DNA of 64,000 bases from Pristiophorus japonicus (lineage: Eukaryota): positions 255,068,001-255,132,000 of the forward strand of contig NC_091980.1 of assembly GCF_044704955.1 (NCBI RefSeq), in the 5' to 3' direction. This document shows, piece after piece, positions 11,096-24,254 of this stretch (the stretch's first letter is position 1; each line of letters opens with the position of its first letter). The notes beneath the pieces were generated by a model that was given only the letters and a program-made list of their open reading frames with translations, did not search any database and was not told the origin of the DNA. A program made the translations under genes and the position numbers.

Positions 11096-13869
11096 CACCT
11101 GCACCAATTGCAGCCCCACTACTGGCAACACTCCCCTAACCGGCGTCCTGTCACTCTCCTTTAATCACTGCACCACATCTCCTCCTCTCAGTACTATTGG
11201 AACCCTCACCTTCACATCTTGCACATCACATCAGCATTATTCAACAACAATTGGCACATTCTCAAAACAGCTCCAAAATGTTGTCACTAACATACTCCCT
11301 TCTTTCTTGCAGGAGATGGTTTCACACAATAGGAGGCAGCAGATGCCTGCATATCCTATCCCCACTTGAGGATATGCTCGACATCATGGACCTCGTCCTC
11401 TACTTCTTGCATAGTTACGCAGCATGTGACCACAAATCAGGAACCTCTAGGGTGTACTGCAAAATACCCCCTGAATGGTCCAGAAAGAATTACTTGAGCA
11501 TGCTAATGAACCACTCCATGATATTGCTGGTGGCAGCATAGCTCTTCTTGCAGGCATGCTGTGTCTGCTTGTGTTACTGACTGGAGTCCTGAGCCTTGTC
11601 GAGAGTGGGTATCTCTTGTCATAAAGTAGCCAGCCTGGGACATAACTGTCTGGTTGGAATTAAGGTAGCATTGAGGACTGATGCTGGATGAATGAATGAC
11701 TACCCAGCAAACCAGGCACAGATCTGCTTACTCAGGACGTGGTATTCCTTTTTATTAATTTAAAAAGGCTAGGCTAGTGATAAGGAGCTGCAGGGCAATA
11801 TGGGTACAGTCTAGGGCACCTTGGACCCTGGGGAAGCCTGCAATGCAGGCAAAGCCTAGTCCACTCTAGTTCTACTTCTTTCTGTCCATGGGGAATGTGA
11901 TACACATGTTCCTCCTGAGGTAGAGAGCCTAAGTGATGCCCCTGACGTAGCGATACATAGAAAACTGATGTCATCTGCTGCAGCTGGAATAACCCTGTGG
12001 CATAAAAGTTAAGGACCACTGTGATCTTGATAGCCCCAGGCAGTATTATCTATACCCTTGTTTGGAGCTCCAGTTGTGGCTACAGCAGGTGACTGAGCTC
12101 CTTGAAGTGCAAGCGCCTCACACATTGGTTGCTGTTGGGGTACAAGTCTCCCTGAAGACCTGCTGGAGGTAAAATCTCCTCTGCAGTGCCCCCCTCCTCC
12201 TCTCGCCCAAAAGACAGACCGACACATCCACCCATGATTGGAATCAACTATTTCTAATAGACATTAGTCCACCACCAGTACAAAGTTGATCTGATGTAAA
12301 AAAAAAAATCCACTTTTTCAACATAGAAAATAGCCTTAAAAAAAGCCCAGAAGTTAACTTGCAGTCAAAGACAAACTAGCACCTAACACATATGAAGCAG
12401 TGAGCCTTTTAAATAAATACACAAGCTCCTTCTGACTGTTACAAGTATGAATTACAGGTTGAGTTGCTATGTGGCAACTCAGGTGCTGGGGCAGAACCAT
12501 TTCACAAAAGGGGCCTACAGCCAATGGAGGACCCTTATTTAAATGAGAATTTCTTGAATTGTTCCAGTATGCTCAGGACACCTACAAAAAGGGTTATCCA
12601 CTATGATAAGTGATGCACTTGTAGTCTGGGACAAGAACCATTTTGGATCCGTAGGTGCCCATTTTACACACAAATCTAATTTCTAGACCACTGTCTGTTC
12701 CTGTGCAAGGTGGCAGTAAACTGTTTGCAGAACTTGTCACTACAGAGCATTGCTTAGCTGCTGGATCTTTTCTGGACTGCTGATGAAACACAGCCACTCA
12801 GAACCAGATTCTTTTGCTGGCCTAGGGCAGAAGTGTGTCTGCTGAAAAACCAATACTTGAATGATCTGGTAAATCAGATTATGCCAACCCTTTTTGCTGT
12901 GTTAGAATAAGCTTCATTTTGAAGCATATAGTAGCGAGAGATACATAAATTGGATGTAGGAGCATCAATGGGATCAATTCATATTTAATGCAGATAATTA
13001 AATTGTGAAATGGTTAAAACCCTCAAGTATATTGCAATCTAAGCCACCAAAAATGCTTTTTATTTTGTTTAAACTACCCCAGAAGCTGCAATGAGTTTTC
13101 AAAACCAAAATCGAATTTTTGAACATTGTTGAACTAAACTGTATATTCCTGTGACCTTTTACAGAAAAATGCTGAAGTGAACTGTTTTTTTTAAAAAACA
13201 GTTGATAGAGAATAAGATCTTGCATACAGCAAAGTGGAAGTTCACTACCAAAACATTACAAAGTTGCAGATTTCTTAGATACCAGGCAATTGCACCTACT
13301 TGAGGGAAAATCTCTTCCAGCAAAAAGTTGATATTTTTGTAACACTTAAATTGAACCATTTTATATTTATCTATCTCTATATAAAAATGTCATATATATG
13401 GGGCTATAATTAATAAATCGGTCAGAAAATCCTGCATCCAGCTTTCTACGTGCTGCAGTGGTGTTTTGTATTACCATTTTGTTACAGATTCCCTGATCTA
13501 CCACAATGACCTGAGCTCAGCTTTAGATATGTTTTCTGAAAATGACTTTTTAAAATTAAGACTATTACTCAAGGAATAAACTTGTACCTTGTGACAAATT
13601 ATAGTTGAAATAACTTTCCCAAGCTTCCTAGATAAACCATTCACCAATATAAGCAGTAAAGAAATTTTCAACATTTGTCTTACTATTTTACGACAATTTG
13701 CAGTTATCAAGCAGATATTTAAGTAAGTTTGTGCTAGTCAGGCTATTGAAGGTATCCATGATCAATAACACTAATTGTTTCATTGAGTACACTGGCAAGA
13801 TCAAACCCACTTACCTAAAGAAGCCAATGTGTAGTTTAAATGGTGCAATTCTTGTATAATCTTTTTCAG

Positions 13870-13999
13870 ATCAAAGTGGCATTAAAGATGGAGAGGCTAT
13901 CTGCAACCATGAAAGGAATACATGACCTTGATAACTACCAATATGGTGAAACTGGAAGGGAATTGCCCCTCTTTCACACATGGCCCACAAAATATTTCT
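13870..13999 (+). CDS. CINP: CINP coding exon 4
   Basis: IKVALKMERLSATMKGIHDLDNYQYGETGRELPLFHTWPTKYF; ttttcag acceptor, GTAAGT donor at 14000. Confidence 0.95.
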
Positions 14000-14405
14000 G
14001 TAAGTGTAATTTTAGTGTCAAATACAGAAATGTGCCAGTCTTTTTTTTTTTACTTTTATAATCGGTTCTCTACATTGGAATAATAAATTGTAGAATAAGT
14101 CACTTGGTTTCCTTACTACCTCATTCCACTTCTGTAAAGGTGTAGACATTCTTTAATGAGGAATGGCAACTAAATTGCAAATTGATTCATCAGAAGCTGA
14201 TGCAATGCAATTCAAAAGGGAATTTTAGGCAATAACACATTTCTATTGATTTTGTAATTTAATGAGTAATCAGTGTGGCAAATGAGGAGTGTGTGTAATT
14301 TAGGGAGTATTTAAAATTACTCTTCCCCGAAGTGAATAACCCATCTGTTTAGTGCAGATATTAGAGTGCAACCTACTGTTTTAAAATTGTTTATCCTTTC
14401 ACTTC

Positions 14406-16872
14406 TCAAGGCAATAATGCAGGCATGTGAAAAAGGAATGGCAGTAATCATGGGGGATTTTAACCTACATATCGATTGGTCAAATCAAATCGCACGGGGT
14501 AGCCTGGAGGAGGAATTCATAGAATGCATACGGGATTGTTTCTTAGAACAGTATATTACAGAACCTACAAGGGAGCAAGCTATCTTAGATCTGGTCCTGT
14601 GCAATGAGACAGGAATAATAAACGATCTCCGAGTAAAAGATCCTCTCAGAATGAGTGATCACAGTCTGGTTGAATTTGTAATACAGATTGAGGGTGAGGA
14701 AGTAGTGTCTCAAACGAGTGTACGATGCTTAAACAAAAGGGACTACAGTGGAATGAGGGCAGAGTTGGCTAAAGTAGACTGGAAACACAGACTAAACGGT
14801 GGCACAATTGAGGAACAGTGGAGGACTTTTAAGGAGCTCTTTCATAGTGCTCAAAAAAAATATATTCCAGTGAAAAAGAAGGGTGGTAAGAGAAGGGATA
14901 ACCAGCCGTGGATAACCAAGGAAATTAAGGAGATTATCAAATTAAAGACCAATGCGTATAAGGTGGCCAAGGTTAGTGGGAAACTAGAAGATTGCTGTTG
15001 TTTAAAATTTTCCCAAAGAATGACTAAGAAAGCAATAAAGGAAAGAAAGATAGATTACGAAGGTAAACTTGCGCAAAACATATAGATAGTAAAAGCTTTT
15101 ACAGATATATAAAACGGAAAAAGAGTGATGAAAGTAAATGTTGGTCCTTTAGAAGATGAGGAGGGGGATTTAATAATGGGGAATGTGGAAATGGCTGAGA
15201 CCTTAAACAATTATTTTGCTTTGGTCTTCACAGTGGAAGACACAAAAACCATGCCAAAAATTGCTGGTCACAGGAATGGGGGAAGGGAGGACCTTGAGAC
15301 AATCACCATCACTAGGGGGGTAGTGCTGGTCAGGCTAATGGGACTCAAGGTAGACAAGTCCCCTGGTCCTGATGAAATGCATCCCAGGGTATTAAAAGAG
15401 ATGGCGGAAGTTATAGCAGATGCATTCATTATAATCTACCAAAATTCTCTCGACTCTGGGGAGGTACCAGCGGATTGGAAAGCAGCTAATGTAATGCCTC
15501 GGTTTAAAAAAGGGGGCAGACAACTATATGCCGGTTAGTTTAACATCTGTAGTGGGGAAAATGCTTGAAGCTATCATTAAGGAAGAAATAGTGGGACATC
15601 TAGATAGGAATAGTGCAATCAAGCAGACGCAGCATGGATTCATGAAGGGGAAATCATGTTTAACTAATTTACTGGAATTCTTTGAGGATATAACGAGCAT
15701 GGTGGATAGAGGTGTACCGATGGATGTGGTGTATTTAGATTTCCAAAAGGCATTCGATAAGGTGCCACACAAAAGGTTACTGCAGAAGATAAAGGTACGC
15801 GGAGTCAGAGGAAATGTATTAGCATGGATAGAGAATTGGCTGGCTAACAGAAAGCAGAGAGTCGGGATAAATGGGTCCTTTTCGGGTTGGAAATCGGTGG
15901 GTCGTGGTGTGCCACAGGGATCGGTGCTGGGACCACAACTGTTTACAATATACATAGATGACCTGGAAGAGGGGACGGAGTGTAGTGTAACAAAATTTTC
16001 AGATGACACAAAGATTAGTGGGAAAGCGGGTTGTGTAGAGGACACAGAGAGGCTGCAAAGAGATTTAGATCGGTTAAGCAAATGGGCTAAAGTTTGGCAG
16101 ATGGAATACAATGTCGGAAAGTGTGAGGTCATCCACCTTGGGGAAAAAAAACATTAAAAGGGAATATTATTTGAATGGGGAGAAATTACAACATGCTGAG
16201 GTGCAGAGGGAACTGGGGGTCCTTGTGCATGAATCCCAAAAAGTTAGTTTGCAGGTGCAGCAGGTAATCAGGAAGGCGAATGGAATGTTGGCCTTCATTG
16301 CGAGAGGGATGGAGTACAAAAGCAGGGAAGTCCTGCTGCAACTGCATAGGGTATTGGTGAGGCCGCACCTGGAGTACTGAGTGCAGTTTTGGTCACCTTA
16401 CTTAAGGAAGGATATACTAGCTTTGGAGGGGGTACAGAGACGATTCACTAGGCTGATTCTGGAGATGAGAGGGTTACCTTATGATGATAGATTGAGTAGA
16501 CTGGGTCTTTACTCGTTGGAGTTCAGAAGGATGAGGGGTGATCTTATAGAAACATTTAAAATAATGAAAGGGATAGACAAGATAGAGGCAGAGAGGTTGT
16601 TTCCAGTGGTCGGGGAGACTAGAACTCAGGGGCACAGCCTCAAAATACAGCCAATTTAAAACCGAGTTGAGAAGGAATTTCTTCTCCCAGAGGGTTGTGA
16701 ATCTGTGGAATTCTCTGCCCAAGGAAGCAGTTGAGGCTAGCTCATTGAATGTATTCAAATCACAGATGAATAGATTTTTAACCAATAAGGGAATTAAGGG
16801 TTATGGGGAGCGGGCGGGTAAGTGGAGCTGAGTCCATGACCAGATCAGCCATGATCTTGTTGAGTGGCAGAG
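14406..16872 (+). mobile_element. 5'-truncated CR1 LINE (partial APE, RT, most of 3' UTR); left arm of an inverted pair
   Basis: MGDFN, LDLVL, SDH, QHGF..GKSCLTNL, LDFQKAFDKV, GVPQGSVLGP, KFSDDT; terminal tail missing. Confidence 0.95.
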
Positions 16873-19800
16873 CAATCCATCATCATAAGGTAACCCCCTC
16901 ATCTCCGGAATCAGCCTAGTGAATCGTCTCTGTACCCCCTCCAAAGCTAGTATATCATTCCTTAGGTAAGGTGACCAAAACTGCACTCAGAACTCCAGAT
17001 GCGGCCTCACCAATACCCTATGCAGTTGCAGCAGGACCTCCCTGCTTTTGTACTCCATCCCTCTCGCAATGAAGGCCAACATTCCATTCGCCTTCCTGAT
17101 TACCTGCTGCACCTGCAAACTAACTTTTTGGCATTCATGCACAAGGACCCCCAGGTCCCTCTGCACCACAGCATGTTGTAATTTCTCCCCATTCAAATAA
17201 TATTCCCTTTTACTATTTCCCCCCCCCCCCCAGGAGACCTCACACTTTCCGACATTGTATTCCATCTGCCAAACCTTAGCCCATTCGCTTAACCTATCTA
17301 AATCTCTTTGCAGCCTTTGTGTCCTCTACACAACCCGCTTTCCCACTAATCTTTGTGTCATCTGCAAATTTTGTTACACTACACTCTGTCCCCTCTTTCA
17401 GGTCATCTATGTATATTGTAAACAGTTGTGGTTCCAGCACCGATCCCTGTGGCACACCACTAACCACTGGTTTCCAACCCGAAAAGGACCCATTTATCCC
17501 GACTCTCTGCTTTCTGTTAGCCAGCCAATTCTCTATCCATGCCAATACATTTCCTCTGACTCCGCATACCTTTATTTTCTGCAGTAACCTTTTGTGTGGC
17601 ACCTTATCGAATGCCTTTTGAAAATCTAAATACACCACATCCATCAGTACACCTCTATCCACCATGCTCGTTATATCCTCAAAGAATTCCAGTAAATTAG
17701 TTAAACATGATTTCCCCTTCATGAATCCATGCTGCGTCTGCTTGATTGCACTATTCCTATCTAGATGTCCCACTATTTCTTCCTTAATCATAGTTTCAAG
17801 CATTTCCCCCACTACAGAAGTTAAACTAACCGGCCTATAGTTACCTGCTTTTTGTCTGCCCCCTTTTTTTTTTTATAAACAGAGGCGTTACATTAGCTGC
17901 TTTCCAATCCGCTGGTACCTCCCCAAAGTCCAGAGAATTTTGGTAATTATAACGAATGCATCTGCTATAACTTCCGCCATCTCTTTTAAAACCCTGGGAT
18001 GCATTTCATCAGGACCAGGGGACTTGTCTACCTTGAGGCCCATTAGCCTGTCCAGCACTACCCCCCTAGTGATAGTGATTGTCTCAAGGTCCTCCCTTCC
18101 CACATTCCTGTGACCAGCAATTTTTTGCATGGTTTTTGTGTCTTCCACTGAAGACCGAAGCAAAATAATTGTTTAAGGTGTCAGCCATTTCCACATGTCC
18201 CATTATTAAATCCCGCTCCTCATCTTCTAAAGGACCAACATTTACTTTAGTCACTCTTTTCCATTTTATACATCTGTAAAAGCTTTTACGATCCGTTTTT
18301 ATGTTTTGCGCAAGTTTACCTTCGTAATCTCTTTCCTTTCTTTATTGCTTTCTCAGTCATTCTTTGCTGTTGTTTAAAATTTTCCCAATCTTCTAGCTTC
18401 CCACTAACCTTGGCCACCTTATACGCATTGGTTTTTAATTTGATACTCTCCTTTATTTCCTTGGTTATCCATTCTTTTTTACTGGAATATATATTTTTTG
18501 AGCACTATGAAAGAGCTCCTTAAAAGTCCTCCACTGTTCCTCAATTGTGCCACCGTTTAGTCTGTGTTTCCAGTCCACTTTAGCCAACTCTGCCCTCATC
18601 CCACTATAGTCCCCTTTGTTTAAGCATATTACGCTCATTTGAGACACTACTTCCTCACCCTCAATCTGTATTACAAATTCAACCATACTGTGATCACTCA
18701 TTCCGAGAGGATCTTTTACTAGGAGATCGTTTATTATTCCTGTCTCATTACACAGGACCAGATCTAAGATAGCTTGCTCCCTTGTAGGTTCTGTAACATA
18801 CTGTTCTAAGAAACAATTCCGTATGCATTCTATGAATTCCTCCTCCAGGCTACGCTGTGTGATTTGATTTGACCAATCGATATGTCGGTTAAAATCCCCC
18901 ATGATTACTGCAGTTTCTTTTTCACATGCCTCCATTATTCCCTTGATTATTGCCCGCCCCACCGAGAAGTTATTATTTGGGGGCCTATAAACTGTGCCAG
19001 CCAGTGACTTTTTCCCCTTACTATCTCTAATCTCCACCCACAATGATTCAACAGTTTGTTTATTAGAGCCAATATCATCTCTCACAACTGCCCTGATATC
19101 GTCCTTTATTAACAGAGCTACCCCACCTCCTTTCCCTTCTTGTCTATCTTTCCGAATCGTCCGATGCCCCTGTATGTATAATTCCTGGTCTTGACCACCC
19201 TGCAACCACGTTTCTGTAATGGTCACCAAATCATACCCATTTGTAATGATTTGTGCCGTCAACTCATTTACTTTATTTCGAATGCTGCGTGTGTTTAGGT
19301 AGTGTTTTAATACTAGTTTTTAAAACCATGATTTTTAGTTTTGACCCCTCCTGCAGTCCCTTTTTGTTTTTTGCCTTGGGTTTCTCTGCCCTCCACTTTT
19401 ACTCATCTCCTTTCTCGCTTTTGCTTTTGTCTCCTTTTTGTTTCCCTGTCTCCCTGCATTGGTTCCCATCCCCCTGCCATATTAGTTTAATGCCTCCCCA
19501 ACAGCACTAGCAAACACTCCCTCTCGGACATTGGTTCCGGTCCTGCCCAGGTGCAGACCGTCCGGTTTGTACTGGTCCCACCTCCCCCAGAACCGGTTCC
19601 AATGCCCCAGGAATTTGAATCCCTCCCTGCTGCACCACTGCTCAAGCCACATATTCATCTGAGCTATCCTGCAATTTCTACTCTGACTAGCACGTGGCAC
19701 TGGTAGTAATCCTGAGATTACTACTTTTGAGGTGTTACCTTTTAATTTAGCTCCTAGCTCCTTAAATTCGTCTTGTAGGACCTCATCCCTTTTTTTTTTT

Positions 19801-20850
19801 TTAAAACCTATATCGTTGGTACCAATGTGCACCATGACAACTGGCTGTTCACCCTCCCTTTTCAGAATGTCCTGCACCCGCTCCAAGACATCCTTGACCC
19901 TTGCACCAGGGAGGCAACATACCATTCTGGAGTCTCGGTTGCGGCCGCAGAAACGCCTATCTATTCCCCTCACCATTGAATCCCCTATCACTCTCCCACT
20001 CTTTCCTGCCTTTCTGTGCAGCAGAGCCAGCCACGGTGCCATGAACTTGGCTGCTGTTGCCCTCCCCTGATGAGTCATCCCCCTCAACAGTACTCAAAAC
20101 GGTGTATCTGTTTTGCAGGGGGATGACTGCAGGGGACCCCTGCACTACCTTCCTTGCACTGCTCTTCCTGCTGGTCTTCCATTCCCTAGCTGGCTGTGGA
20201 CCCTTCACCTGCGGTAAGACCAACTCACTAAACGTGCTACTCACGTCATTCTCAGCATCGTGAATGCTCCAGAGTGAATCCACCACCCTCAGCTCCAATT
20301 CCGCAACGCGGTCTGTCAGGAGCTGGAGGCGGATACACTTCCCGCACACGTCATCAGGGACAGTCCCTGAGTTCCCACATGGTACAGGGGGAGCATATCA
20401 CGTGACCGAGCTCTCCTGCCATGACTTAACCCTTAGATCCACTTAAATTGGCAACGCTAAAGTTTACTCACTGTTACAGAAGCGAAAAAAGAAAAACTAC
20501 TCACCAATCACTTACCCCCTTGGCTGTGATGTCACCTTTGTTTTTTTCTACTTTTTTGCCCTCTCCCTATAGCTGCACAAGCTGGGCTTTTATAGGCCTC
20601 TCGCCGACCCTGGACTCACGCCTCTCCGACGCACTTCGACGCCTTTCGCGGCCTTTATAGGCCTCTCGCCGACCCCGGACTCACGCCTCTCCGACACTTC
20701 TCGCGGCCTTTATTGGCCTCTCGCTGACCCCGGAACCCGCGCCTCTCCAAGCGCCTCCGACGCTGCTCCCGACGTCCGCCACGTTCGGCCTTTATAGGCC
20801 TCTCGCCGACCCCGGAATTCACGCCTCCGACGCACCTCTCGCCGACGCTG
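16873..20850 (-). mobile_element. CR1 LINE with 5' end present but lacking 3' end; right arm of the inverted pair
   Basis: 5' tandem monomers, ORF1 CGKC + GDSMVRG esterase, ORF2 ITETWL/GGGVAL/MGDFN/KFADDT; frameshifted. Confidence 0.95.
20588..20850 (-). repeat. Four variable-length CpG-rich tandem monomers at the CR1 5' end
   Basis: Core TTTATAGGCCTCTCGCCGACCC recurs near 20589, 20655, 20709 and 20791. Confidence 0.85.
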
Positions 20851-21356
20851 CTCATAACTCATTATCTTCTCATAACTTGAAGTAGCTATTCTTGAGCTCA
20901 TAATAATCAGCAGGCTAGTTAACTGGGGTTGAAGGGCAAATTATAAATTTAACCCAATACTGCCTTCTCATGACCATGCCTACATACTTCCAGCATTAAT
21001 TGCTGCATAGCAATCAGGTGCAGAAACCCACAAGGCTTTCCCCACCTGAGAGGCATTGAGGCCAACTGTAGCACACCTATCACCCTCCCCTATCACAGCT
21101 AAATTGGCACAGACTAAAGACTTTAAGGTTCAGCTACTAATTGCCTTGACCAGCTGAGTGAAGAGAATTTACATAACAGTTTTTTGAACAACTGAACTAA
21201 CAATATAACTGAACAATGTTGGCAACTGCTTCAGCAATAATAGATGGGAATTTAACTTAGACTGGAAATTATAAAGTTCTCCTGCTGTAGATTTAAAAGT
21301 ACAAGAGAATTTAAGACTCCGCACGTTACTCATTTGTAATTGCTTTTTGTTTTCAG

Positions 21357-21559
21357 ATGAAATCTCAGTTCAGTTATCGGAGATGTACAACAAAGAACTG
21401 CAGCTAAAGAGTGTAATTGTTCAAGAGATCGCCCATACCAGTAGCTGTGATCTTATGATGATGCAGCTCTCTGCTTGGCTATATCAGCCTTATATAGAAG
21501 AAAAGGCCAGACTTCTAATTGAAAGCATGCTATTAGAGACTGGGCACAGGTTTCTGTAA
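21357..21559 (+). CDS. CINP: CINP coding exon 5 (terminal)
   Basis: EISVQLSEMYNKELQLK..IAHT..LSAWLYQPYIEE..ESMLLETGHRFL*; matches the CINP C-terminus; ttttcag acceptor. Confidence 0.95.
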
Positions 21560-24254
21560 CACAACTGGAAAACAGTACATAGTAACTGGTACTGAGACAA
21601 ATCACTGAATTGCTGCAAATCTTGAATGCATGCATTTGAACAAAGTTAGACACTTACACAGGTTTAACCCGATTGATTGGGCTCTACTTTGAAGCTTGGG
21701 AATAGTTGAACATAACTTACATGAACAGCAAAACACATTAGAAGTTTCACCCATCATCAAATTTTGTGCTTTAAAAGTAGGGTAGAATCCAGTCAGACAA
21801 TGATTGACAAAAGGCAAAGAAAAAATATATTTATTTATTTCCTTTTTTTAGAAACTTTGAAATACTTATGCTGAAAAAATAATTGTTGAAATTATTAAAC
21901 AATGGTCCTGAAAGATATTTAAAGTTGTATTTGTCTTGCACGCTCAAGCGATGCCAAAACAAAGAATACCAGAACTGAAAAAAAAATTGTTGTGGTGGCT
22001 TATTTTAAACTGTTCCATATATTGCTGGTGTTTAATGGAGCTTGATGGTAGAATTGTAAATTTTCACTTAACAGCAAAGCAGCTTTTCAAAATATATAGA
22101 CCCACGTAGCCAAAAGAAGCACAAGTGCTCTACATTAAATTCTACAGCAAAAATTTATAACAGTTTTTAAACTGGTTCATAATACACTGTACAAACCAAC
22201 CTTTGGCCTGTTAAAGTTGATCCTTGACAGAGAGCAGTTCCATTTTGTAATGACTTCTAACAAGCAAGTCAATTGTTTTAAGCAAGTGATGATTAACTGC
22301 CAATCAATAAAATTGTCAGATGACCATGACTACAACCACCATCCAATTGGACTGAAGAATATTAATGACATTTAACCACCCCATGAAATTAAGGCAACAA
22401 AACTGTCAAGATTACAATGTACTGATAATTCAAGCAAGACATTACAAAATACTTTATATCTGTATGTATATAATTAAAAATAGAAAATAAATTCCATTTT
22501 CTGCTTTTTCATATCAGTCTTTAAATAGTTTCATTATTTACAATAGTCAAATTACAGCTCTTTGATAAAGATTTGTTGTAGACTGAAGAAACTGGAAATT
22601 AACATGCATAACAGTTTTGATACATATTTGTTGAACAGCCTACACAGGTAATGAGCTGATATGTACATAGCATAGTAATGTAACATTCCATTTCCACATC
22701 CTCGCAAACCTATACAAAAGGACACCAAGTTTTACATTAAATGCATCACTCACACCATTTGTAGGAAAAAAGGAATGTGTTGGGCACAATTGAAACATGC
22801 TGCCGTATTTACAGCTTCATAGCTAAGCGGTTCAAAGGCTCACTTTAATCTTTGTGTTCTCAAAGTTTACATTTGGGTGATAACTAACATTACTCTCGGA
22901 CTACTGACTGCAACTGTCCCATCTCAGAAAATCTGATCCTCCATTTAAACTTAATACAAGACTGCAAACCAAATGAAAGACAGCAGCCTCTTCAGCTCAT
23001 GTTTTGCAGCACCCTTGTAGTTGAAAGTGGAACACATGGAAATGGAAATGATTGAAATGCAATGCAGAACTGTACTTAATGGAATTTACCATAAAGTAGC
23101 AAGCTCCATACTTTAACACGCATCTACTAACCTGAATTGAAGATACAATGAGATTTATGAAACCTATCAGAAAATTACAAAATATATAGCCCAAAAATGA
23201 GTTGATGCTACACTTTGTAAAATTTTACTCAAGGCAAAACTCAAGCATTTCAGAACTAATATTCAATACTTCATCTTCTGTAGGCTTTAAAAAAAAATGT
23301 AACTTTTGTAGCAGTTATCAAATTAATTAAATGCTGGTATTAATAGTACAGTGTTCTCTGATGCTTGAGGTTTAAGTCCAATTTCTTTGGCCATGAGTTC
23401 TTAAAATGAGTAAGTGATCAAATTGGGCAATGTTACATTTTCTACATCAGTGAAACAAATACAGAAATAACAAAACACACCCTTGTACTTCAGAACGGGT
23501 TTCTAAACTACAATTTAAACTCAATGTTTTAAACCATAAACTACCAACTTACAGACTTTTTACAAATTGAAAGGAATTAAAGATTTGTATCATTTACAAC
23601 TGATATTTTGTAATCTAAACACATTAAGTACCGATTTATTTTAACATTTTCCTGTTTTGAGATGAATTATGAAGAGGTTAAATAATTAAGATTTTAGCAA
23701 AAATGTCAATTAGCAAAGCAACATCATAAGATTTATATTTATTATAAATTTTTCATGGAAGTACAATTAATCTTTTAATGGCAGTTTCAAAAATAGGCAG
23801 TAGAACATATACAAATACTATTTTGGCAAAATAGTCATCTCCAATAAGCAACAAGGAGTTGAAGGTAAAGATGCAAAAAAGAAAATTCAAATTCAGTGCA
23901 GCAACATCACATTTTCTGGTCTATTGCAGTCACATCTATGTCCCAGAGTACAAACTTAAATAAATGTACCTGGATTCATTCAGTTTATGAAATTCACTCT
24001 TTCAAATACCTTGCCAGGCATATTGCAACATTCAGGGTAAACCACTCTTGAAACCTTACACCCACCTTTGTACCAGACTTGTTAGCTTGTGGGAGGATAA
24101 AGTTTAACAAAATACATTAATAAATGTTCATTGTAACACAAGAAGAAACAGAAAAGTTTCTTTTACAAAACTGAACAGCCCTATTTTTGTATTTTAGCAG
24201 TTTACTTGTAGTTATTTTTGCTAATTTTTTGAGATGGAGGTCAGGACAGCCCAA

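Noticed and set aside
9884-12690. Possible decayed Harbinger-type DNA transposon around the RTE fragment
   Set aside because: Only vague terminal similarity; no readable transposase or Myb/SANT motif
15524-16132. 202-aa minus-strand ORF and similar ORFs (17319, 47865, 49388, 57046)
   Set aside because: Antisense shadows of RT/endonuclease coding frames
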